Source: Rebecca billardiae RCC1528 (taxonomy: Eukaryota > Protista > Haptophyta). From it: a DNA stretch of 64,000 nt. The stretch's first letter is position 1. Each line of letters starts with the position of its first letter. Location: the NCBI GenBank assembly GCA_965240325.2, contig OZ251225.1, positions 1,860,001 to 1,924,000 on the forward strand. The letters run 5' to 3'. The notes under the pieces are model-generated. The model ran no database searches. It was given only the letters and a program-made list of their open reading frames with translations, and was not told where the DNA came from. Made by a program: the position numbers and the translations under genes. Shown here piece after piece: positions 43,401-55,400 of this stretch.

Positions 43401-46400
43401 TGCCGGCGCACGCTTGCGGGTCGATGGTGAGCGTGCCCTCGGACCAGGGCGCAGCGGCGGTGGTGTCGCAGGAGGGCTCGATCCGTACCGTCATCTCGTC
43501 CGCCGACCCCTCGCTCCGCGCCTCCTCCTCCTCCCCCTCCTCTTCCTCCACGACAGAGGCGTGAAGGCCGTCCAGCTCAGTCGAGCGCGCGGCGAGCACG
43601 GCCCCGACAGCAGCCGAATGCTCTGAGGAGCGCGCGGCCTTGCCGGCGTGCGGCTCGAGGGCGTGGGGCTTGAGCATGGCGCCCGCCGCGGCCGAGTGCA
43701 GCCGGGTCAGCACAAACGAGCGCCGCGCCTCCGCCTTGCGCACGAGCTTGCTCGAGTGCCGGCCGAGCAGGCGGCTACTTGTGTCGTCGGGCGACGCGGA
43801 CGCGCCCGCGCTCACGCGCTCGGATTCGTACCAGCGGCGGTGCTTCCAGAGCGCGCGGCGGTCGTAGATGGCGGCGAGGAGGAGGAGGCAGCCGTTGAGC
43901 GCGACGAGGAGGTACACGGTCCGCGGCACGGTGCGCGCGGCGAGCGAGACCACCGCCGCAAACGCCACCTGCGCGAGGCTCTGTCTCGAGGACGGCGCTG
44001 CCGGCAGGAGGAGCGGCGTGGCGGCTGCCGCGTCGTCGTCTCGCTCGTCCGCGCCCGAGCCGGTGTCGACGTCGATCGGGGGGACGACGCCGGCGAAGTC
44101 GGTGAGGTGGTCGCACGCGCAGAAGAGGAGCGGGAGGCTCGCCAGGTCGCCCTGCGCCTCGTCCGCCTCGACGCCATCCTCGGGCGGCGGCGCGAGCGCG
44201 CACCCCTCGGCGCTCCAGCCGCCGCGCGCCGTTTCCCAGAAACGGCATTGCGCCGCCGCGAGCACATCCGGCATGCCCACGCCGGCGCGCGGTGGCACGG
44301 CGATGAGCAGCGGCTCGGGCAGGCCCGAGACGTCGATCTCGCCGCCGCCCGCCGCGCGCAGCGTCACGGAGAACACGTGCGTCAGCACCTCCGCCCCGCT
44401 CTCCACCGCGCCGTCCGCGCCGAGCGCGAGCGCACCGTCAACGGACGCGCCAGACTTGAGGTCTCGCGCGACCGAGGTGAGCACGACGTCGACGCCGGCG
44501 GCGAGCGAGAGGTTGCGCAGGAAGGCGAGGGCCTCCGCGCGGACGAGCAGCCCCCCGTGCGCGTCCAGCGCCGGGATCCACCGCCCCGCCGCCAGCGCGT
44601 CCGCGGTGGTGCGCACGGCCGTCACGTTGAGCGACTCGCCTGGGTAATGGGTGGCCAGCTCGCCGGGCGCCGCGCCGGCCAGCGCGACGGCACCCAGGCC
44701 GTCGAGCGCGGCGGTGGCGGCGTCGGCGAGGGCGTCCTCCTCGCGCGGGGCGAGGTCGATGCGCGCACTCAGCACCGCGTCGATCGCACCCGCCAGCGCT
44801 GCCCTCGCGCCCAGCGCCGCGCCCACCTCCGCCACCCCGCGCGCGAGCTCCGCGGCGTGCGCGAGCGCGGCCGCGGCGTCGCCGCCGTCGAGCGAGATCG
44901 GCGCGTCGAGCACGGAGGCGAGCGCCGCGATCGCCTGCGCGAGGCCGGACGGCTCGCGCGTCGTGATGGCACCCGCCACAATGGCGAGCTCGAGCAGCTC
45001 GTCGCGCGCCTGCCGCAGCTCCTCGCGGCTCAAGCTCCCCTCGATCGCAAGGCGCGGCGGCGGCGGCGGCGGCGGCGCGAGCGGCGGCAGCGGCGGCAGC
45101 GGCGGCGCCGATGCGTTCTGAGCGGGCGACGAGGCATTCGGCACGCCGCCGAGCTGGGGTGCGTCGGCGCCGGGCTCGGCTTCAAGGCCGCCGCCACGCC
45201 GGCTGCCGCCGCCAAACACGTCGCTCACCAGCCGCGCGAGCGCGTCGAGCAGCTGGTACACCGCGGACATGTCGGCGCGGGCGAGCGCGGCGCGCGCTTG
45301 CTCCAGCAACGAGGCGAGTGCCTGCGGCGCCTCCTGCGTCCCGCCGAGCAGCAGTGGCGGCAGGACCGTCACGAGCGCGGACGCGCTCGCCGTCGCCGCC
45401 CACGCGTCGTGCACGCTCACGCGCACCGTGCTGTTCCCCGCGGGCAGCACCACGTCGAAGAGGAGCGGCGAGAGGCCGAGCGTGCGAAGAAGGCTCGTCG
45501 GCGCTCGGGCGGGCTCTGCGGCTCCCGTGGCGCCGCCGTCGGCGTCGTCGCCGAGGGTCGTCCGCTCGAAGGCGTAGCGCAGCGGCAGGTCGTCCGCGTC
45601 GTCGACCCAGCCGCTCGCGGACACGGCAAAGCGCGTGAGCAGCGCAATGCCCGTCGCGGGCTCGATCCCCACGCCGCCACCAAAGGGCGGGCGGTTCATG
45701 AGCACGCGGACAGAGCTGACCGCGGGCCGGTCGGCGCCTGAGACGGTGAGCTCGAACGCGTACTGGGCGCCGGGGGCGAGCGCGCCGCTGCGGAAGGCAA
45801 GGGTGGGTCCGGCCGCGCCCGTCGTCGTCACCGCCACCGTGTCCGACAGATCGACCCCCGCGTCGCTCAGCGCGCCGCCCGCGCCGACGAGCAGCGCGCG
45901 CCACGCGTACTCGAAGCGCAGCACGCCGCGCGCCTGCAGCCGCGCCGACGCCTCGTCCAGCGCCGTCGAGACCACCAGCCTGTGCTCGGGCAGCTCGAAG
46001 GTGGGGCTGTACTTGGGGCGCGGCAGCGGCGCGAACGCGATGGCAGGCACCACGCCGGCGATGATGCGCACGCGCACCGACGCCGCGGCGGACTCGGCGA
46101 AGCCGGCGCTCGACACGCGCACGCGCACTTCGTATTCGCCGAGCGGAAGCGAAAGGGGCGGCAGGGCGAGTGCTGCAAGAGCTGGCGTCGCGCCCGCCGC
46201 CGTCAGGTTGAGCGGCGCGCTGAGCGCGTCACCCGAGTCGAGGCCGCCGTCTGCGTCGGACTCGAGCACGCGCGCGACGCTCCACTCGAACGCCAGCCCG
46301 TCGGAGCCGTCCGCCCGGTTCGGATCGGACGAGGCCGAGGCGTCGATGACCAAGAAGTCCAACGCACCGGCGACGCGGTCGCCGCCCGCGATGGTGGCGC

Positions 46401-49400
46401 GCAGGGGCAGCGTGCGCACCTCCACGCGCACGCTCGCGCTGCCAAAAGCTTGGGCCGCGCCCGCGTCCGCGCCCGCGCCGGGGTCGCTCGCCGTCACCTC
46501 GAGCTCGTACGTGTGCCCGGCGCTCAGCGAGAAGGGCGGCAGCACGAGCGAGCGCGCGGTCTCCTCGCTCAGCGCCGGGAGTCGGGCGCCGCCCGCCGGC
46601 GCGCCGCCGCCCGGCGTGGCCAGCACGGACACGACGCGCCACGCAAAGGCCAGGGTACCTTCCGCGGCGTGCTCGCCGGCGCTGCAGCCGGGCGGCAGAC
46701 GGATGCTCGCTTCGAGCACGAGCGGCTCGGGCGCCCACGCCGGCACCAGCGGCGGGCCAGCGATCGCAGCAAGCAGCGCGCGCGCGGACGCGCGCTGCGC
46801 GCGGTGCCGCGCCGTCGCAGACGTGAGGCCGAGAAAGTTGGAGACGCGCAGCACAAAGCCCCACACGCGGCCGGCACTCGGCATGCGCACGGCCGCGACC
46901 ATCGCGCCCGGCGGCAGCTCGCGCAGCTGCGCCTCCACCGCCGCCACCTCCGCCTCGGGCGCGCTCGTCACCGCCCGGTCGAGCGCCCACTCGAAGCGGA
47001 GCGGCTTCACGCCGCCGCCCGACGAGCTCGAGCCCTCGAGCCGCACCGTCTCGTTGGCGCACGCCGAGAGCGTCGCGGGCGCGCTGAGCACGGCGAGCGG
47101 CGTGGGGCACGGCGTGTCGCCGCACGGCGCGTCCACGTCGATGGCCGCCTGCAGGCCCGTGCCCACGTACTCCGGCGCGCACGAGGGCGAGCATGCGCCG
47201 GGCATCAGCACGCCATCGCGCACGCGCACGCGCGCGCCGGGCGCGACGGCCGTGTCCGCGCTCAGCCGTACGACCAGCTCGGTGTCATGCGCCCAGTAGC
47301 AAGAGGGCGGGGCGGCGGCGGCCGAGAGCGGCGGCGCGCCCGCGACGAGGGCAAGCGTCTCGTCGTCGAGCACGGCGGTGCACGGCTGCACGCCCGCCGC
47401 CATGCGCGCGCGGTCGGTCGGCTGCGCGTCAAACTCGAGGCGCAGCGCGGTCGCGCTGCCGTCAAACGCGGCGCGCACGAGCTTGGGCGCGTGCAGCCCG
47501 ATCTTGTCGAAGTAGACGCCGCCCTCGTCGGCGGGCAGCGCGTGCTCGGGCGTGAACTGCTGCCCGTTCAGCGCCACGCGCACCTGCGACAAGCCGTCAG
47601 GCCCCGCCACTGGCGTGCGCACGAGCAGCGCGCCATCACTCACCACGTCGGCCGGCACGGCCACCAGCCCAAACGACACGCGCAGCAACGACAGCAGACC
47701 GGCTGGCCCCGCGCCGCCGAGCGCGCCAAACCCCGCGCCGCCGACGATGACAGCTACGCCCGCAAAGCCCGCCGTTGGCGAGCAGCTGTGCACCGACGGC
47801 TCGGCGTAGAGATGGAAGAGCGACCCCGACGCAGAGGTGCTCCCGGCCATCGCGCCGCCGACGGACAGCTCAATGGCCATCGAGCGCGGCTCCTCGGCTG
47901 CGGGCGCAGCGGGCAGCGTGCAGCGCGCGCGGCTCGTGCCGCCGATCGCCGGGAGCAGAGTGGCGGCGGCCGCGCACGCGAGGGGGTCGAGAGCGGGCAG
48001 CACGCAGCAGAGCTGGCCGTCGCCGTAGTCGGCGAAGCCCGCGCCGCTGAGCGTGACAACAGTCCCGCCGCGCACCGGGCCCGCAGGCGGGTCCAGCCCC
48101 TCCACCCGCACGCTGCCTGGGTCGTACAGCTCGACGCTCGGCGCGTCGAAGAGCGGGGGCACGGCGTACGCGCCGCCGTCGAGCGTGAGCCGCACCTCGT
48201 ACACGCCGCCGCCCAGCCCGATGCCGGTCGGCAACGCGCACGTCGCCTCGCGTGCGGAGAGGATGGTTGCGGGCGTACTCGCGAGCGAGACGAACGCACC
48301 GCCGGTACCGACGGGCTGCCCGAACGCGCAGCTGTCGCCACCGCCAGGCGTCGGTACAAACGCGGCGCCTCGCAGCGTAAGGAGCGCGCCAGTGACTCCA
48401 AGCGGCGCGCCGCGCGGCGTCACTGACTCGACAGTGGCGCGCAGCACCGGCGGCGGTGGGGGCAGTGGCGGCGGTGATGGCGGCGGCACCGGCAGCTGCA
48501 CGAGCGCTGGGCTCGGCGGCGCAGACCGGGGCAGGGAACTGGGCGGTGGTGGCGACGGTGGTGATGGCGGCGGGCTGGGCGGTTGGCTGGGCGGCGGGCT
48601 TGGCGGCGGCGATGGCGGTGGACTTGGCGGCGGGCTCGGCGGCGGGCTCTGCGTTGAGCTTGGAGGTGGGCTGGGTGGCGGCGGGTTTGGAGGGGGCGAC
48701 AGTTCCGGGCTGGGCGGAAGGCTCGGTAGTGAGAGTGGGGCTGAGGCGGGTGGCGGCGAGGGCGGCGGCGAGGGAGGCGACGGTGGCGGCAGAGGCTCAG
48801 TCCGAGGCGGCGGTGGTTCCGCTGGAGGCGGGCTCGGCGGCAGGGAAGGCGTTGAGCTGGGCGACAAGCTTGGCGGCGGTGATGGAGGCGGCAATGGTGG
48901 TGAGCTTGGTGGTGCGAGCGGCGGCGGCGATGGTGGTGGTGACGGCGGTGGGCTTCGCGGCGGTGGGGGCGGCGAGCTAGGAGGCTGACTCGACGGCATG
49001 CTCGGCGGTGGAGACGGAGGCGGGCTCGGAGGTGACCACAGTGGCGGCGACAGCGGCGGCGACGATCGTAGTGACGGCGGTGGTGAGGGAGGCGGATGCG
49101 GAGGTGGTGACGGCGGCGGTGGGCTTGGTGGCGGTGATGGGGGCGGGCTTGGTGGCGGGGCCGGCGGTGGGCTTGGCGGCGGTGGGCTCGGTGGTGGGCT
49201 TGGTGGCGGGCTCGGCGGTGGCAACGGTGGTGGTGATGGCGGCGGGGACGGCGGCGTGCTCGGCGGTGGGCTTGGCGGTGGCGAAGGCAGCGGCGATGGC
49301 GGGGGTGACGGCGGTGGGCTCGGAGGTATCGGGCTCGGCGGTGGCATCGGTGGTGGTGATGGCGGCGGGGACGGCGGCGGGCTCGGCGGTGGGCTTGGTG

Positions 49401-52400
49401 GCGGGCTCGGCGGCGGCGATGGCGGCGGGCTGGGTGGTGGCGATGGTGGTGGATAGGGCGGCGGTAAGGGCGGCAGCGACGGCGGCGGCGGTGATGGTGG
49501 TGGCGAGGGCGGAGGCGAGGGCGGTGGTGACGGTGGTGGCGAGGGCGGTGAGGGCGGTGGCGAGGGCGGTGGGCTGGGTGGTGGCGATGGCGGCCGGCTC
49601 GGTGGTGGGCTGGGCGGTGGCGACAGCGGAGGGCTCGGAGGCGGCGGGCTGGGCGGAGGCGATGGCGGCGGGCTGGGCGAAGGCGACGGCGGTGGGCTCG
49701 GCGGTGGGCTCGGCGGCAGGCTCGGCGGCGGCGATGGCGGTGGGCTGGGTGGTGGTGACGGTGGTGGCGAGGGCGGCGGTGAGGGCGGCGGCGACGGCGG
49801 CGGCGGTGATGGTGGTGGCAAGGGCGGAGGCGAGGGCGGTGGTGACGGTGGTGGCGAGGGCGGTGGTGATGGCGGTGGCGAGGGCGGTGGGCTTGGTGGT
49901 GGCGATGGTGGCGGGCTCGGTGGTGGGCTGGGCGGCGGCGACGGCGGTGGGCTCGGCGGCGGCGGGCTGGGCGGAGGCGACGGCGGTGGGCTGGGCGGAG
50001 GCGACGGCGGTGGGCTCGGCGGTGGGCTCGGCGGCGGGCTTGGTGGTGGCGATGGCGGTGGGCTTGGCGGTGGCGATGGCGGTGGGCTTGGCGGCGGTGA
50101 CGGCGGTGGGCTCGGAGGCGGCGGGCTCGGCGGCGGGCTCGGTGGCGGTGATGGCGGCGGGGACGGCGGAGGGCTCGGCGGTGGGCTTGGTGGCGGGCTC
50201 GGCGGCGGCGATGGCGGTGGGCTGGGTGGTGGTGACGGTGGTGGCGAGGGCGGCGGTGAGGGCGGCGGCGACGGCGGCGGCGGTGACGGTGGTGGCGAGG
50301 GCGGAGGCGAGGGCGGTGGTGACGGTGGTGGCGAGGGCGGTGGTGAGGGCGGTGGGCTGGGCGGTGGGCTGGGCGGTGGCGATGGTGGCGGGCTCGGAGG
50401 CGGGCTGGGCGGCGGCGACGGTGGAGGGCTCGGCGGTGGCGGGCTGGGCGGAGGCGACGGCGGTGGGCTGGGCGGAGGCGACGGCGGTGGGCTCGGCGGT
50501 GGGCTCGGCGGCGGGCTTGGTGGTGGCGATGGCGGTGGGCTTGGCGGTGGCGATGGAGGTGGGCTTGGCGGCGGTGACGGCGGTGGGCTCGGAGGCGGCG
50601 GGCTCGGCGGCGGGCTCGGTGGCGGTGATGGCGGCGGGGACGGCGGAGGGCTCGGCGGTGGGCTTGGTGGCGGGCTCGGCGGCGGCGACGGCGGTGGGCT
50701 GGGTGGTGGTGACGGTGGTGGCGAGGGCGGCGGTGAGGGCGGCGGCGACGGCGGCGGCGGTGACGGTGGTGGCGAGGGCGGAGGCGAGGGCGGTGGTGAC
50801 GGTGGTGGCGAGGGCGGTGGTGAGGGCGGTGGGCTGGGCGGTGGGCTGGGCGGTGGCGATGGTGGCGGGCTCGGAGGCGGGCTGGGCGGCGGCGACGGCG
50901 GTGGGCTCGGCGGCGGCGGGCTTGGCGGAGGCGATGGCGGTGGGCTGGGCGGAGGCGACGGCGGTGGGCTCGGCGGTGGGCTCGGCGGCGGGCTTGGTGG
51001 TGGCGATGGCGGTGGGCTTGGCGGTGGCGATGGCGGTGGGCTTGGCGGCGGTGACGGCGGTGGGCTCGGAGGCGGCGGGCTCGGCGGCGGGCTCGGTGGC
51101 GGTGATGGCGGCGGGGACGGCGGAGGGCTCGGCGGTGGGCTTGGTGGCGGGCTCGGCGGCGGCGATGGCGGTGGGCTGGGTGGTGGTGACGGTGGTGGCG
51201 AGGGCGGCGGTGAGGGCGGCGGCGACGGCGGCGGCGGTGACGGTGGTGGCGAGGGCGGAGGCGAGGGCGGTGGTGACGGTGGTGGCGAGGGCGGTGGTGA
51301 GGGCGGTGGGCTGGGCGGTGGGCTGGGCGGTGGCGATGGTGGCGGGCTCGGAGGCGGGCTGGGCGGCGGCGACGGTGGAGGGCTCGGCGGTGGCGGGCTG
51401 GGCGGAGGCGACGGCGGTGGGCTGGGCGGAGGCGACGGCGGTGGGCTCGGCGGTGGGCTCGGCGGCGGGCTTGGTGGTGGCGATGGCGGTGGGCTTGGCG
51501 GTGGCGATGGCGGTGGGCTTGGCGGCGGTGACGGCGGTGGGCTCGGAGGCGGCGGGCTCGGCGGCGGGCTCGGTGGCGGTGATGGCGGCGGGGACGGCGG
51601 AGGGCTCGGCGGTGGGCTTGGTGGCGGGCTCGGCGGCGGCGATGGCGGTGGGCTGGGTGGTGGTGACGGTGGTGGCGAGGGCGGCGGTGAGGGCGGCGGC
51701 GACGGCGGCGGCGGTGACGGTGGTGGCGAGGGCGGAGGCGAGGGCGGTGGTGACGGTGGTGGCGAGGGCGGTGGTGAGGGCGGTGGGCTGGGCGGTGGGC
51801 TGGGCGGTGGCGATGGTGGCGGGCTCGGAGGCGGGCTGGGCGGCGGCGACGGTGGAGGGCTCGGCGGTGGCGGGCTGGGCGGAGGCGACGGCGGTGGGCT
51901 GGGCGGAGGCGACGGCGGTGGGCTCGGCGGTGGGCTCGGCGGCGGGCTTGGTGGTGGCGATGGCGGTGGGCTTGGCGGTGGCGATGGAGGTGGGCTTGGC
52001 GGCGGTGACGGCGGTGGGCTCGGAGGCGGCGGGCTCGGCGGCGGGCTCGGTGGCGGTGATGGCGGCGGGGACGGCGGAGGGCTCGGCGGTGGGCTTGGTG
52101 GCGGGCTCGGCGGCGGCGATGGCGGTGGGCTGGGTGGTGGTGACGGTGGTGGCGAGGGCGGCGGTGAGGGCGGCGGCGACGGCGGCGGCGGTGACGGTGG
52201 TGGCGAGGGCGGAGGCGAGGGCGGTGGTGACGGTGGTGGCGAGGGCGGTGGTGAGGGCGGTGGGCTGGGCGGTGGGCTGGGCGGTGGCGATGGTGGCGGG
52301 CTCGGAGGCGGGCTGGGCGGCGGCGACGGCGGTGGGCTCGGCGGCGGCGGGCTTGGCGGAGGCGATGGCGGTGGGCTGGGCGGAGGCGACGGCGGTGGGC

Positions 52401-55400
52401 TCGGCGGTGGGCTCGGCGGCGGGCTTGGTGGTGGCGATGGCGGTGGGCTTGGCGGTGGCGATGGCGGCGGGCTTGGCGGTGGTGACGGCGGTGGGCTCGG
52501 AGGCGGCGGGCTCGGCGGCGGGCTCGGTGGCGGTGATGGCGGCGGGGACGGCGGAGGGCTCGGCGGTGGGCTTGGTGGCGGGCTCGGCGGCGGCGACGGC
52601 GGTGGGTTGGGTGGTGGTGACGGTGGTGGCGAGGGCGGCGGTGAGGGCGGCGGCGACGGCGGCGGCGGTGACGGTGGTGGCGAGGGCGGAGGCGAGGGCG
52701 GTGGTGAAGGTGGTGGCGAGGGCGGTGGTGAGGGCGGTGGGCTGGGCGGTGGGCTGGGTGGTGGCGATGGTGGCGGGCTCGGAGGCGGGCTGGGCGGCGG
52801 CGACGGCGGTGGGCTCGGCGGCGGCGGGCTGGGCGGAGGCGATGGCGGTGGGCTGGGCGGAGGCGACGGCGGTGGGCTCGGCGGTGGGCTCGGCGGCGGG
52901 CTTGGTGGTGGCGATGGCGGTGGGCTTGGCGGCGGGCTCGGCGGTGGGCTTGGCGGCGGTGACGGCGGTGGGCTCGGAGGCGGCGGGCTCGGCGGCGGGC
53001 TCGGTGGCGGTGATGGCGGCGGGGACGGCGGTGGGCTCGGCGGTGGGCTTGGTGGCGGGCTCGGCGGCGGCGATGGCGGTGGGCTGGGTGGTGGTGACGG
53101 TGGTGGCGAGGGCGGCGGTGAGGGCGGCGGCGACGGCGGCGGCGGTGACGGTGGTGGCGAGGGCGGAGGCGAGGGCGGTGGTGACGGTGGTGGCGAGGGC
53201 GGTGGTGAGGGCGGTCGGCTGGGCGGTGGGCTGGGTGGTGGCGATGGTGGCGGGCTCGGAGGCGGGCTGGGCGGCGGCGACGGCGGTGGGCTCGGCGGTG
53301 GCGGGCTGGGCGGAGGCGACGGCGGTGGGCTGGGCGGAGGCGACGGCGGTGGGCTCGGCGGTGGGCTCGGCGGCGGGCTTGGTGGTGGCGATGGCGGTGG
53401 GCTTGGCGGTGGCGATGGCGGTGGGCTTGGCGGTGGTGACGGCGGTGGGCTCGGAGGCGGCGGGCTCGGCGGCGGGCTCGGTGGTGGTGATGGCGGCGGG
53501 GACGGCGGAGGGCTCGGCGGTGGGCTTGGTGGCGGGCTCGGCGGCGGCGACGGCGGTGGGCTGGGTGGTGGTGACGGTGGTGGCGAGGGCGGCGGTGAGG
53601 GCGGCGGCGACGGCGGCGGCGGTGACGGTGGTGGCGAGGGCGGAGGCGAGGGCGGTGGTGACGGTGGTGGCGAGGGCGGTGGTGAGGGCGGTGGGCTGGG
53701 CGGTGGGCTGGGCGGTGGCGATGGTGGCGGGCTCGGAGGCGGGCTGGGCGGCGGCGACGGCGGAGGGCTCGGCGGTGGCGGGCTGGGCGGAGGCGACGGC
53801 GGTGGGCTGGGCGGAGGCGACGGCGGTGGGCTCGGCGGTGGGCTCGGCGGCGGGCTTGGTGGTGGCGATGGCGGTGGGCTTGGCGGTGGCGATGGCGGTG
53901 GGCTTGGCGGCGGTGACGGCGGTGGGCTCGGAGGCGGCGGGCTCGGCGGCGGGCTCGGTGGCGGTGATGGCGGCGGGGACGGCGGAGGGCTCGGCGGTGG
54001 GCTTGGTGGCGGGCTCGGCGGCGGCGATGGCGGTGGGCTGGGTGGTGGTGACGGTGGTGGCGAGGGCGGCGGTGAGGGCGGCGGCGACGGCGGCGGCGGT
54101 GACGGTGGTGGCGAGGGCGGAGGCGAGGGCGGTGGTGACGGTGGTGGCGAGGGCGGTGGTGAGGGCGGTGGGCTGGGCGGTGGGCTGGGCGGTGGCGATG
54201 GTGGCGGGCTCGGAGGCGGGCTGGGCGGCGGCGACGGCGGTGGGCTCGGCGGCGGCGGGCTGGGCGGAGGCGATGGCGGTGGGCTGGGCGGAGGCGACGG
54301 CGGTGGGCTCGGCGGTGGGCTCGGCGGCGGGCTTGGTGGTGGCGATGGCGGTGGGCTTGGCAGCGGGCTCGGCGGTGGGCTTGGCGGCGGTGACGGCGGT
54401 GGGCTCGGAGGCGGCGGGCTCGGCGGCGGGCTCGGTGGCGGTGATGGCGGCGGGGACGGCGGTGGGCTCGGCGGTGGGCTTGGTGGCGGGCTCGGCGGCG
54501 GCGATGGCGGTGGGCTGGGTGGTGGTGACGGTGGTGGCGAGGGCGGCGGTGAGGGCGGCGGCGACGGCGGCGGCGGTGACGGTGGTGGCGAGGGCGGAGG
54601 CGAGGGCGGTGGTGACGGTGGTGGCGAGGGCGGTGGTGAGGGCGGTGGGCTGGGCGGTGGGCTGGGCGGTGGCGATGGTGGCGGGCTCGGAGGCGGGCTG
54701 GGCGGCGGCGACGGCGGTGGGCTCGGCGGCGGCGGGCTGGGCGGAGGCGACGGCGGTGGGCTGGGCGGAGGCGACGGCGGTGGGCTCGGCGGTGGGCTCG
54801 GCGGCGGGCTTGGTGGTGGCGATGGCGGTGGGCTTGGCGGTGGCGATGGCGGTGGGCTTGGCGGTGGTGACGGCGGTGGGCTCGGAGGCGGCGGGCTCGG
54901 CGGCGGGCTCGGTGGCGGTGATGGCGGCGGGGACGGCGGAGGGCTCGGCGGTGGGCTTGGTGGCGGGCTCGGCGGCGGCGACGGCGGTGGGCTGGGTGGT
55001 GGTGACGGTGGTGGCGAGGGCGGCGGTGAGGGCGGCGGCGACGGCGGCGGCGGTGACGGTGGTGGCGAGGGCGGAGGCGAGGGCGGTGGTGACGGTGGTG
55101 GCGAGGGCGGTGGTGAGGGCGGTGGGCTGGGCGGTGGGCTGGGCGGTGGCGATGGTGGCGGGCTCGGAGGCGGGCTGGGCGGCGGCGACGGCGGTGGGCT
55201 CGGCGGCGGCGGGCTGGGCGGAGGCGATGGCGGTGGGCTGGGCGGAGGCGACGGCGGTGGGCTCGGCGGTGGGCTCGGCGGCGGGCTTGGTGGTGGCGAT
55301 GGCGGTGGGCTTGGCGGTGGCGATGGCGGCGGGCTTGGCGGTGGTGACGGCGGTGGGCTCGGAGGCGGCGGGCTCGGCGGCGGGCTCGGTGGCGGTGATG

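Noticed and set aside
41258-48426. Numerous long plus-strand ORFs (466-814 aa) opposite the giant gene, and similar ones opposite other genes
   Set aside because: Expected antisense open frames in very GC-rich coding DNA; Arg/Ala/Gly-biased with no domain signal.
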